Assembly (NCBI GenBank): GCA_951406725.2
Contig: OX597833.1
Coordinates: 5,022,001 to 5,086,000, forward strand
Direction: 5' to 3'
DNA: 64,000 bases
Source of the DNA: Octopus vulgaris
Lineage: Eukaryota
Position numbers and translations under genes: made by a program. Below the pieces are notes generated by a model, which worked only from the letters and a program-made list of their open reading frames with translations, did no database searches and was not told the DNA's origin. Below are positions 12,542 through 25,043 of this stretch, piece by piece. Each line of letters opens with the position of its first letter. Positions within the stretch are counted from its first letter, which is position 1.

Positions 12542-12690
12542 AACATCAGCGACATTTCAACTGGTTCCTCTTTTTCTTGCGCTCGTTTCAATAATTCAAT
12601 GCTGATGTACATATGAGCAGCGTTTTCGCCATTTCATGAGGGTGTTTAAAACCCTAATGGAATATGAGTATGTAAGTATGTATGTATGTC
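12276..12690. repeat. Local direct duplication of ~145 bp separated by a microsatellite
   Basis: 12276-12420 is nearly identical to 12542-12690. Confidence 0.8.
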
Positions 12691-12724
12691 CACGTGCGGT
12701 CAACACAACCCCACCATTTATTGA

Positions 12725-12775
<51 letters not shown>

Positions 12776-12825
12776 GAATAGGTAAATAAATGGAGTTGAA
12801 CGAGGATGTTAATAAGATTCTTTTA

Positions 12826-12907
12826 CTTTCGACATATGTTTCGAAGACAACATGGTTTTATTCCAAAGGAATAAACGGTGTATGATGCAATCTTCTCATC
12901 AGGAAAG
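12826..12907 (-). ncRNA. Type I hammerhead ribozyme with canonical core
   Basis: Minus strand CTTTC-CTGATGA-GAAGA(long loop)TCTTC-GAA-ACATATGT-C-GAAAG; GUC cleavage triplet; lies in a ~200-bp repeat (12783-12980) between (TA)n tracts. Confidence 0.8.
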
Positions 12908-12977
12908 AAAGAGAGCCTCTCTCAACATTGAATTTTCCATATTAACGGTAAACATAAGATAATTTATTCACCCATTG

Positions 12978-13015
<38 letters not shown>

Positions 13016-13157
13016 GGTTGCCGGGTTTTATAGGGAACAACAAGGGGCAGTGTTGGGGTTTTATGTATCGTTAGATTAAGATTGGAAAACGAAAGTGGGA
13101 AAGTTTTGTGTCTGATAACTGATTGTTTGGTCCAGTCAAATCTTCTGTCTTTTTCAG

Positions 13158-13361
13158 TATAGGTAGACGATGGTGTATGTTCCTCTACGCTGTATCATCA
13201 GGTTTCAGCATGTTCTGTGTGCTAATCTTACATATGATGGGCGATCTCCATAAATATCCTTACATGATGACTGCCCTGGCTGCCTTCAGCAAGATGGGTG
13301 TGGCCACAGCACTGTCGCTATTAACACTAATCACTGTCGAAGCTTACCCAACGGTTATTAG
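13158..13361 (+). CDS. SLC22-like (organic cation/anion transporter, MFS) internal exon
   Basis: ttttcag|...AG|gtaagt; IGRRW...SKMG...TVEAYPTVIR carries the GRR and E-x-(Y/F)PT-x-x-R MFS/SLC22 motifs; phase 2 at both ends. Confidence 0.88.
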
Positions 13362-13399
13362 GTAAGTGGCAACTGATTTCATCATCGTTTTATATATCG

Positions 13400-13740
13400 A
13401 CTAAATGGCTTCGATTTTTGGCACAGGGCCAGCAGTGTTTTGTGGGGAGGGGGCTAATCGGCTACATCGCCCACAGTACTTCACTGGTTCGTATTTCATC
13501 GTACCCGAAAGGGAAAAACGGACGAAACGCTTCTAAGCATTTTTCCGGCGTGCTAACAATTCTGCCAGCTCACCGCCTTCAGACCCCCCCCCCCAAAAAA
13601 AAACAACAACTGAAATAATCCTTTCTACTATTGACACAAGGCCTGAAATGTTGGGGGAGGGGGATAGTCGATTACTTCGACCCCCAGTTTTTCAATGATA
13701 CTTTATCGACCCTGAAAGGATGAAAGGCAAAGTCGACCTC
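13400..13740. mobile_element. Degenerate SINE family C-related fragments
   Basis: CGACCCTGAAAGGATGAAAGGCAAAGTCGACCTC core. Confidence 0.55.
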
Positions 13741-13756
13741 TGTCTCTATCCGTGTA

Positions 13757-13815
<59 letters not shown>

Positions 13816-14829
13816 TTCTCTCTCTCTCTCTCTCTCTATTTATCTTTTTATCTACCTATCACTCTCTACCTACCTACCTACCTACCTACCTACCTACCTA
13901 CCTACCTACCTACCTACCTACCTACCTACCTACCTTCCTACGTACCTACGTACCTACCTACCTACATATCTCCCTACCTACCTACCTATATGTATATAGC
14001 CTTAAAAGATAAATTGCTAATTACATAAAAATCTAAAAAAAGGGAAATTCGCAATACCAAAACTTCCTTTCAAATGCTTTGAGTCAGTTTTTTCTAAGAT
14101 TTCTTTTTTACATAAATTAATAAAATTTTATTTTAAGCAAATCTCCCTTCAAATATTGTGAGTAAATCAAACTATTTTTGGAAAAGTGTTGAGCACACAC
14201 ACCTACCCCCCCACACACACACATACACACACACGCACGCACAGACACATATATACACAAACGCACGTAGACACACACACACATATGCACACACGTATAC
14301 ACACACATACATACACACGCACGCACACATGCACACACACTCACGCACACACACAATCGCACGCACACCCATACACACAGACACGCACACACACGCACAC
14401 ACAGACACGCACACACACACGCACACACGCACGCACACACGCACCCATACACACCCACACACACACCCACACACCCATACACACACAGACACCGCCATAC
14501 ACGCACCCCCACACACGCACACATACAATCAAATGTTCATGCCGTACATTAGCTCCCTCTCTCTCTCCCTCCCCCTCCCTCGTTCTCTCTCTCCACCGAA
14601 TCGACGTTGTCTGAACAGGTGCACAAATCCACCACGTGTCAGGTGTCGAAGTGATCGCAGAGCAACGCGAGACGAAGTAGTTTGCTGAAGAATACAACAC
14701 AGCGCCCAGTCTAGGAATTGAAACCACGGCCGCTAGATCGTGAGTTCAATTCCTAGACCTGGTGCAATACCTAACCACTAAGTCATGTCCCTCCCGCTCT
14801 CTCTCACACACACACACGTACATATATAT

Positions 14830-15125
14830 CACGTGATCACGTGACCGACCAGGCCATCAGATGTTGCTACACATCGCTGGTCACAATGCGCTTCACATTG
14901 TTTTAGCGTTCAAATGATGCTAAGCGAGCAGGCCAACAGATGAAAGAGTGAGAGAAAGTTATGGCGAAAGAGTACAGCAGGGGTCGCCCCACCCCTTGCC
15001 GCAGCCTCGTGGAGCTTTTGGTGTTTTCGCTCAATAAACATTCACAACGCCCGGTCTGGGAATCGAAACCGCGATCCTACGACCGCGAGTCCGCCGGCCT
15101 AAGCACTGAGCCATTGCGCCTCCAC
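14830..15125 (-). mobile_element. SINE family B head with an alternative 3' body
   Basis: Same tRNA-like head as 11714-12098 but a different tail ending CACGTGATCACGTG. Confidence 0.7.
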
Positions 15126-15190
15126 ACATACATATATATATATATATATTTCTATAACTATATATTTCTATAACTATATATTTATAATAC

Positions 15191-15267
<77 letters not shown>

Positions 15268-15286
15268 TGTCCATTGAATATTTCAG

Positions 15287-15368
15287 ATGCATGGCAGTAG
15301 CGTTTGGCTTGAGTGCCGGAATCTTAGGATCCTTGTTGTCTTTCCATTTACGGAATTTCATATCATTC
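15287..15368 (+). CDS. SLC22-like exon (TM11)
   Basis: tttcag|A completes the Arg codon of the previous exon; CMAVAFGLSAGILGSLLSFHLRNFISF; |gtaagt, phase 0. Confidence 0.85.
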
Positions 15369-15877
15369 GTAAGTATGTTTATAGTATTGACTGTGAAAAA
15401 ATTCTCAGGGGCATCTTCTGCATCAACTACTCATTTTGATATTAATGTAATAAGCTCCCCAAAATGAATTGTGAACAAATTGAAATTACATTGGTCCATT
15501 AGCGTTAATAGCGTTTATGACATTTCCAATCAAGAGGAGGAGGGGAGATCGATATTCAAGTTGATGAACATGTTAGTTTCCCTTACACAATATTGAATAT
15601 CCGATATCACCTCATGTGTTAGTCAGTCCACACCTTCTCCATTCCTAACACACTTCGACTTATAATAGAATAATTAGCAATTTTTATTGTTAAACTGTTA
15701 GTTGTATGGTGGCATTGATCATATTGAAATTTCCATCTATTTTGTTGATCGTGTATTATCCGGGTTTTTTTTTGTCATCTATACAAGCCGTGTAAATACT
15801 TGATGCTTAGTAACTTCCCGTATCAAAATCTTTTCGGTCCGCATTACTCTTTCTCTCTCTTGTATATGCATGTGTGA

Positions 15878-15910
<33 letters not shown>

Positions 15911-15973
15911 ATGTATGTATGTATGTATGTATGTATGTATGTATGTATGTATGTATGTATGTATGTATGTATG

Positions 15974-16051
<78 letters not shown>

Positions 16052-16099
16052 AATTGAAAATAAATGGAGTTGAACGAAGATGTTAATAAGATTCTTTTA

Positions 16100-16181
16100 C
16101 TTTCGACATATGTTTCGAAGACAACATGGTTTTAATCCAAAGGAATAAACGGTGTAAGATACAATCTTCTCACCAGGAAAG
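16100..16181 (-). ncRNA. Hammerhead copy with a core mutation (CUGGUGA), probably inactive
   Basis: Second copy of the 12783-12980 repeat (16058-16255); A6 changed to G. Confidence 0.65.
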
Positions 16182-16251
16182 AAAGAGAGCCTCTCTCAAC
16201 ATTGAATTGTTCATGTTAACGGTAAACATAGCATAATTCATTCACCCATTG

Positions 16252-16298
<47 letters not shown>

Positions 16299-16482
16299 AA
16301 GAACAAACTTATTTAGAAATGGATGCGTGCGATCTGTCGTATAAAAACAAATTAATAAATAAAACATATGCATATATACATACATATATGTACGTACCTA
16401 CATCTACATGTATATATACATGCATATATAGGTACAGGGCACCAAAAAAAAAAAACGTCGAACACAATGAGATATATATATA

Positions 16483-16882
16483 GGCGCAGGAGCGGCTGTG
16501 TGGTAAGTAGCTTGTTTACCAACCACATGGTTCCGGGTTCAGTCCCACTGCGTGGCACCTTGGGTAAGTGTCTTCTACTATAGCCTCGGGCCGACCAAAG
16601 CCTTGTGAGTGGATTTGGTAGACGGAAACTGAAAGAAGCCTGTCGTATATATGTATATATATATATATATGTGTGTGTATGTGCTTGTGTGTCTGTTTGT
16701 TCCCCTAGCATTGCTTGACAACCGATGCTGGTGTGTTTACATCCCCGTAACTTAGCGGACCGGCAAAAGAGACCGATAAAATAAGTACTAGGCTTGCAAA
16801 GAATAAGACCTGGGGTCGATTTGCTCGACTAAAGGCGGTGTTCCAGCATGGCAACAGTCAAATGACTGAAACAAGTAAAAGA
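16483..16882 (+). mobile_element. SINE family A, full length
   Basis: Homology to 969-1380. Confidence 0.85.
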
Positions 16883-17027
16883 TATATTTAAATATAATTT
16901 ACCATGTTTATTCCTTGTAGTACTTTATATGTTAACCGTCTGTGTTTAACCGCATTTTCTTTTCATTAGCCACGATGTCTAAGTCCATCTCGTTTACACC
17001 TTTGTTATGTTTATACTTCTTCTGCAG

Positions 17028-17216
17028 GACTCCTATTACTACATTGTCCCCTATATACTACAAGGACTGCTGATTAGCACCATAGGTGTTGTCGGTCTTG
17101 TTTTTCCCGAGACGGCGACAACACCTATGCCAGATGTGCTACAATGCCGACATAGAAAAAACCAGCTTCAGGCGGATGTGACGTCACAGTATGTATACCT
17201 TCGCGACCAGTCATGA
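17028..17216 (+). CDS. SLC22-like last coding exon (TM12 and cytoplasmic tail)
   Basis: ttcttctgcag|GAC, phase 0; ...GLVFPETATTPMPD has the PET motif after TM12; stop TGA at 17214-17216. Confidence 0.88.
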   Translation, partial: DSYYYIVPYILQGLLISTIGVVGLVFPETATTPMPDVLQCRHRKNQLQADVTSQYVYLRDQS

Positions 17217-17460
17217 CGTCACATGATATTTTCTGCGCCAAAACTAAAAATGTTGTGAGAGGTGAGTGTTCAAACTTGTTTCCAAACATGCTTTCGGTCA
17301 CACACGGTGTAATATGTCATTTGGTATATCACTGTTATACTAGAAATACTAAATTAGGGTTAGGAAAATATTAATAAAATATGCAATTGATCGACGCCCC
17401 CTTCATTCCGTAATCTATTACTTAAGAAATATGTTGTGTGACAGAGACTGCAATCCAGAA

Positions 17461-17573
<113 letters not shown>

Positions 17574-17654
17574 GTCTGTCAATCTATCTATCTGTTTGTC
17601 TGTCTTCTTGCTTGCCTGCTTGTCTGTCTGTCTATCTATATATACATACGTATT

Positions 17655-17702
<48 letters not shown>

Positions 17703-17949
17703 CACATATACATATATAGCCCGTGTAAGTATTTCTGTACATACATGTGTACATATATACACATATATATACACGTATACATACACTTATATATGTGTAT
17801 ATATGTACATGTATATGTGTGTATACACACACGCACGCACGCATGCACTAGCGCATACACATGTTTTATCTTTATCACACACACACACACACACGCACGC
17901 GTTTTATCTTAGGTATTTTTATAAATCAAACTTTATCTAAATTTTTTAT

Positions 17950-18920
17950 TGAACTGAATCGATATTTTATCAGTTTCCTATAACCTGAATGATCACCATA
18001 TTAATAACTTTAGAAAAGATCTTCTAGGCATTTATATCAGCATTAGCGCCGATCTAAGAATGGCTAACTTTCTGGATATCGCAGTATATTTAACTATAAG
18101 GCCGCCAATATTGAAATCGAGTCTCCATACTTACCTCCTGGGCATAATTTAGAAGATTGTTGATGGTAAAAGTAGAAGAAATAATTTATTGTCTGACAAG
18201 GATATTTTCAACCTTGTCTGATATCACTCTTATTATAACGATGAACTAAAAAGGAGTGGCTTTAAAAAGAAAGTAATATATAATTGAAACGTAACGTCTA
18301 ATTGTAGAACAAGAAAAAAAACCTTATTTTGTTCTGATCAAATGAATGTAACCATTAACGTTGATGAACATTTTCTGTTCATGTTAAGTAAAAATTCTTT
18401 TGAAGCAGATAAATATTAGCAGCCCTTTAAGTAGAACAATGTTATGGTGAGCTACAGTTGCCTGGATATCATCGTTTAAACAGATATATCATAATTAAAA
18501 ATGAATCCAGCTCTTAAGAACCTTAAGAGCTTAACTTTAAAACTTACCTCTCATAGTATCTTGTATCTCTAAGATTGTGACATACAAAGCAACTATAATA
18601 TTCTGATTTTATTCATAAGAATTACACGAGACTTACGCAAGATACCTTGAAGATAAAATTGAATCACTACGTACATTCGTTTAGATCCAGAGACGGAGAG
18701 TATTCCTTCACTGAGTTAATATGCTTGTAACTTAAAAGAGTAGCGAAATCGAAAACTGAGCCATAATACAGAATATTATGAACACAGTATAATCTTGCGC
18801 ATAACAGAGCAAAAGAATTCATGTTTTTGAAACAGCCATCAAAATCGTTGAATAGTAGATCTGGACTGTTGTATCTTTGCCGTTATAGATAAAACTATCT
18901 TATTACTAAATTTCTATATC
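17950..18920 (+). mobile_element. Highly degenerate Penelope-like element (RT C-terminus and GIY-YIG region)
   Basis: Broken peptides ANFLDI, NNVMVSYSCLD and IVTYKATI in the order expected for Penelope-like ORFs; many stops. Confidence 0.5.
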
Positions 18921-19528
18921 CAGACAGAATAGCCTCCCTTATTGTAGGTTCTTTCGACTGTAGGCCATTCCCCTTCGTAGAATTAATTCTACGCAGAGGT
19001 ACAGGAGGTATCCCCTCCATACTCCACCAAGACATTTGCTAATGAGAAGCCAATTTATTCGGGTCTCTTTACCAACATCATCTTTTTGTCACGTGAAGGA
19101 TTGCATGTAGAGAACTCTGAAGAGTAGTTCGGTGACTTATGACACTGTCCCCTTTTACACACACACACACACACACGTGCACGCACACATACATGCATAA
19201 ACACACACGCACATACACACACACGCACACACACATGTATATGCATACACACACACATACATACACACACGCATGCACACATGCGTACATGCATACACAT
19301 ACACGCACACACATTGTCTCCCCACCTGTTTCTGTCTTTTGTATTTTGTATAATTTTCAACCACACACACACACATGCACACATAATAATAACAATAATA
19401 ATAATAATAATGATAATAATAATAATAATAATAACAATAATAATAATAATAATGATAATAATAATAATAATAATAATAATCACAATAATAATAATAATGA
19501 TAATAATAATAATAATAATAATAATCAC

Positions 19529-19590
<62 letters not shown>

Positions 19591-19613
19591 TAATAATAAT
19601 AATAATAATAATG

Positions 19614-19647
<34 letters not shown>

Positions 19648-20098
19648 TAATAATAATTCTTGGATGGAATTTATAAACATTTAATGCATCGCTACGCGCG
19701 TTTCCACAAATCACATGACTCTTAAGACCACAGTCCGTATTCGTGGGATGATTACAGTGTAGTCCTTAGTGTCCGCGGGCATCCGGTTGATCACCATCAT
19801 GGGTTCATTTCTTCAGGCGATATAACGTTAGTGGATGTACAACAAAGGGATTTTTATCCCTTTCTACCAATATGGAAGTTAAACGAGTTCTGTGGGTATT
19901 TCTGTGTGCGTTTGGTATGGAGGGGGGAAGGTGATGACAACCACACACACACACACACACACACACATACTATTTTGTATGATTGGTTGAAGATCAAGTG
20001 GACAAGTGGATATAATGTGTGGTGCGTAATAAGCAGAATCAGAATACTGTAACAAAACATATTCTTTGCTGCAGTTTCATATAATCATTTATGAAATA

Positions 20099-20500
20099 CT
20101 AGCAGTATCGCCCGGCGTTGCTCGGGTTTGTAAGGGAAATAACAACTATATAAGCATTTTTAGAGAGTTATAGCCAAAAAATAAGCGAAAAAATGCATTA
20201 AAAATGGAAAAAAAATTATGGTAAATTTTTTTTTAAATCGTTGACTCATCGTAGACATTTCCAGAGAGTTACTTCCCTTATGTAATAGCGAAAAAAATGC
20301 ATTAAAAATGGAAAAAAATGATGGTAATTTTTTTTTTAAATCGTAGACTCATCGTAGATGCACGCTAATACCCATAAGTTAGATATGAATCACGACTATA
20401 AGATACCCGGTTTTGGTTACACTGCACCGCAAAATGTGGGAGTAGTTAGGAATCTAAATCGTAGGAGACAGACACACAACTTCACTTTTATATATAAAGA
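20099..20500 (-). mobile_element. Non-autonomous Helitron-like element
   Basis: Minus strand starts TCTTTATATATAAAA and ends with hairpin CCCGAGCAACGCCGGG...CTAG|T; same termini as 1604-2035. Confidence 0.65.
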
Positions 20501-20702
20501 TATGACGGATGAAAAGATCGCGTGCGAAAATGCGAGATCATTGATGCAAGGCCGACGTGAATAGACCAACCAGGATATTATACAAAACCGGAACATGGGA
20601 GACTACAGTAATAAGGACACACATACAGACAAGCAGACAGACACACGCACGCGCATTATGAAGCACAAATAATCATTATACGTACATATATACAAACATA
20701 TA

Positions 20703-21104
20703 CTCTCTTTTACTCTTTTACTTGTTTCAGTCATATGACTGTGGCCATGCTGGAGCACCGCCTTTAGCCGAGCAACTCGACCCCGGGACTTATTCTTTTG
20801 TAAGCCCAGTACTTATTCTATCGGTCTCTTTTGCCGAACCGCTAAGTAACGGGGACGTAAACACACCAGCATCGGTTGTCAAGCAATACTAGGGGGACAA
20901 ACACAGACACACAAACACACACACGCATATATATATATACATATATACGACGGGCTTCTTTCAGTTTCCGTCTACCAAATCCACTCACAAGGCTTTGGTC
21001 GGCCCGAGGCTATAGTAGAAGACACTTGCCCAAGGTGCCACGCAGTGGGACTGAACCCGGAACCGTGTAGTTGGTAAACACGCTACTTACCACACAGCCA
21101 CTCC
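20703..21104 (-). mobile_element. SINE family A
   Basis: Reverse complement of family A. Confidence 0.85.
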
Positions 21105-21646
21105 TTAAATAAACTTAGACATGTTTCAACCAAAGATTGGTCCAGGCCATGTCTAACTTAATAGCACCACCTGATAGAATTATCTAAATCCTGTTTAAGT
21201 TAAGTTTTGTTTATGGTCCTTTCAAGTAGGGAGTTCTTGTTAATTGAGTTGTATCCAGGTGTGGGTGGCTTATCTGCTACATACACATATATGTATGTAT
21301 ACATGCATGTATGTATCTATCATGTACTTATATGCACACACACACACACACATAAACACATACACACGTGAATATATACATATATGAATGTGTCTATCTA
21401 CCTATGAATGCATGTACACACACACACACACGCGCACATATATGAATGTATTCATATACACATACATATATGTGTGTGTGAATGTACATATAAATATGTG
21501 CGAATATGTGTATATATCTATATATAATTATTTGCACTGTAACCTGTACTAGTGCCAAAAGGCAATGTTTATATCCAACTAAACGTGGATGTTTTGTTAG
21601 AACGTTGAATACAGCGGCATTTACCTTGAGAGTTCCTCTTATATAG

Positions 21647-21765
21647 ACGCATGGTGCATAAAAGCACAGACATATCTCGTAGCAAGACCGAATCGTCTGG
21701 CGTGCGTGGCAGGACTATCAGATCCCGCGACTGTGCCACGCATCTATATGAAAGAACTGAAGAGG
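21647..21765 (+). other. Candidate spliced exon downstream of the SLC22-like stop (UTR or alternative C-terminus)
   Basis: cctcttatatag| and AGG|gtgagt; non-repetitive, higher GC, open in two frames. Confidence 0.35.
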
Positions 21766-21988
21766 GTGAGTTTGGTGCGAATTCCTATTATTTGCTTGGG
21801 TACTCATTTTTGTACACTTTATCCTTTTATTATGTTAACATTGTAAAGTCTGCTCCTTTACGATTTGATCACGTGAGCTGACAACATCATATCAATTTCT
21901 CTACTTTCAGTGCTAAAAGACATGAGAAAAGTGTGAAGATACAGACAACAGAAACATGCCTCCTTCGTGTCACTATATATATATATAC

Positions 21989-22055
<67 letters not shown>

Positions 22056-22168
22056 GCCTCTTAAGGGGTTTGTACGTCTCTAAATGTATGTCATGAGTGT
22101 AAGTATGTAAATGATAGTAATAACAGCAGTACACATTGGGTTTATATAAATACACGCGTGTATATATG

Positions 22169-22204
<36 letters not shown>

Positions 22205-22596
22205 TGTATGTATGTATGTATGTATTTATGTATGTATGTATGTATGTATGTATGTATGTATGTATGTATGTATGTATGTATGTGTGTATGTATTTATGTA
22301 TGTATGTGTGTATGTATGTATGTATGTATGTGTGTATGTATTTATGTATGTATGTATGTATGTATGTGTGTGTGTGTGTGTATTTATGTATGTATGTGTG
22401 TATGTATGTATGTATGTATGTATGTATGTATGTATGTATACGTGTGTCTGTGTCTGTGTGACTGCGTGTATATACATTGATATATATGTAATATACACAC
22501 TCACACATGGAAGCATACACACGCACATGTATATATGTAACTGAATGACAAAAGAAAAGAAAAACAAAAAAAAACAGAAGTTAGCTAATCGCTTTC

Positions 22597-22682
22597 ATTA
22601 GTTCACAGCTGTTTCAGCTATAGGGAAACGTGTACTAAAATGTGATTGCCGTTGCAAGACCTTAGCGCTTCATCAGAGCCAT
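22597..22682 (-). ncRNA. Degenerate type I hammerhead motif
   Basis: TGGCT-CTGATGA-AGC(long loop)GCT-GAA-ACAGCTGT-G-AACTA; G at the cleavage site and a stem I mismatch. Confidence 0.5.
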
Positions 22683-22783
22683 TTTATTTGTCGACAAAAC
22701 TTACTCGCTGATTTGCTCTGAAGCATAACGACATTGAGTTCGAGCAATCTGTTAATTGAACCACTATGGCTAAGCAGAATCAT

Positions 22784-22814
<31 letters not shown>

Positions 22815-22910
22815 ACATACATACGTACATAATACATGCACATACACAAACATACACTCACATATATACACACACGTACACACACTCAAACACACATGTA
22901 TGTATTTATA

Positions 22911-22957
<47 letters not shown>

Positions 22958-22959
22958 GC

Positions 22960-23042
<83 letters not shown>

Positions 23043-23940
23043 CACGTGTGTATGTGTAAAAGTAGTACATCTGGATTTATTTACGGGAAAAAAGAGATTG
23101 TAATTCACTATGTAGTGTATATATAATTCATTTTAGAAGTTGAAAAAACTGCATTAGTTACTCTGGTACTCTGGTGTTCATGTTCCTAATATAACACTCT
23201 TTAGTATACTATATATATATATACGAGTATGTGTGCAGGTGTATGTATAAATTAAAACTTAGTAATAGTTTCGTGACAAGTAACATACAATTTCCTCTTC
23301 AGACGATATTAGATCAATGAACGAATCCCGAATAACCTATTCTTATATCAATTTACATGACGTATAATTTATTTCAGACGAGGCGTCATGACAACAGGGT
23401 TTTATATCCAAGTTGCACAATTCTGTTAAAATCTTATTGCCTGAAAGTGATTTTTTCTCGTAGAGCGACAAAGTGAAAGAGAGGAGTTAGAATCACCAAA
23501 GTGTTTTGAAGCGATTTCTCAGGTTATTGTTATTCCAGGAGAAACTAGCAAAGACCCAGAAAAGAAATCAGAAAGGATGGATGTCAAGAAAATACTCATA
23601 AAATGAAAATAATAATTGAGAAAAAATGGGAATATGTGATAATCTGTTTAATATGGTGCGGCTGATGAGTGTTTTAAAAATTCGAGTAGGTGCTTGTGAG
23701 AATAGCAACATTTTATACAAACATCTGATATTATATACACATAATTCACGGAAAATTTGATTTTATTCAAAACTAGACTTTTCTCTGCTGTACATTAATG
23801 ACATATTTTAGAGCCATTATTGTATGATCTGCTCACCTTTAGGATTTTATAATCTCAAAGTCAGTAGTAAACTCTTTTAAATGCAAAATGTAACTCATGA
23901 GTGTGTTATTCCCCTGGCTTTTTGTTTGACGTACCTACTG

Positions 23941-23981
<41 letters not shown>

Positions 23982-24478
23982 GAACACAAGCAAGCAACTA
24001 TATGCCCATGCACATATGTTTGCTTATATTTGTATATATATCAGTGTTTATAATTATGTATGTATATATGTATGTATATATATATATATATATATATATA
24101 AGTATGTATGTATGTATGTATATATATAAAACAAGCCCATGAATGAGTAAATACATCTATGTATAGTTTATATTTGTTTGCATATGTATATGTGTGTGTG
24201 TGTGTGTATGTGTGTATGTGTATGTGTGTATGTGTGTCTGCGGGGTATGTATATATGTAAGTAACTGTTAGTCTGTACGTGGGCATGTGTGTGAAAAATT
24301 ATAATTAAATATTAATGAAATAAAACGACGTATTTCCTCTGTCAGGTTCAGCGCCGCACTCACCTGGTTTACATAAAAGGATAGTTTACGGAAAGTAAAA
24401 TATTTTGCAAACTAGATCCCTCTTTCTCCTTCACTCTCCTACTCTCTCACTCACTCTGTATATGTATCTATATACTTT

Positions 24479-24535
<57 letters not shown>

Positions 24536-24538
<3 letters not shown>

Positions 24539-24768
24539 GGTACTATTATTCATAGGTACCGCACGCTAGGAGGGACCTTTGCAGTAAAAACTACTAAAAT
24601 AAACAAATTTTACCGAATGCAAAACTTCAAAGCAAGTCATTTAAAAAACAGAATTTTTTTTTAATGACTTGCTTTGAAGTTTTGCATTCGGTACAATTTG
24701 TTTATTTTAGTAGTTTTGACTGCAATAGTTCCTCCTAGCGTGCGGTACCTATGAATAATAGTACCCTC
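24536..24768. repeat. Long imperfect fold-back (inverted repeat) beside (TA)n
   Basis: GAGGGTACTATTATTCATAGGTACC...GGTACCTATGAATAATAGTACCCTC; arms pair almost to the centre. Confidence 0.85.
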
Positions 24769-25029
24769 TATATAATATAAATAAATATTTTAAAAGTGGA
24801 AAAATTTACGGGTTTTTTCTCTTGCGAGGTTTTCACGCTAACTACTGATAATTTCTTATAAAGATTTTGTCCTTAATTTTAAATATATATATAGGTAGGT
24901 AGATAAATACATAGATACCTAGAATGATAAATGCATATGTGTATAATTTGAAATTATTGCAAATCCCAAATTCATTTCCACTTCAGGGCTTTGTGCGATC
25001 TCTATCCACATAGGTCGACTATTTTGATA

Positions 25030-25043
25030 TTACGTCACTTCCG
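25030..25043. promoter_or_regulatory. ETS-CRE composite motif
   Basis: TTACGTCACTTCCG (CGGAAGTGACGTAA on the minus strand) in non-repetitive sequence. Confidence 0.3.
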
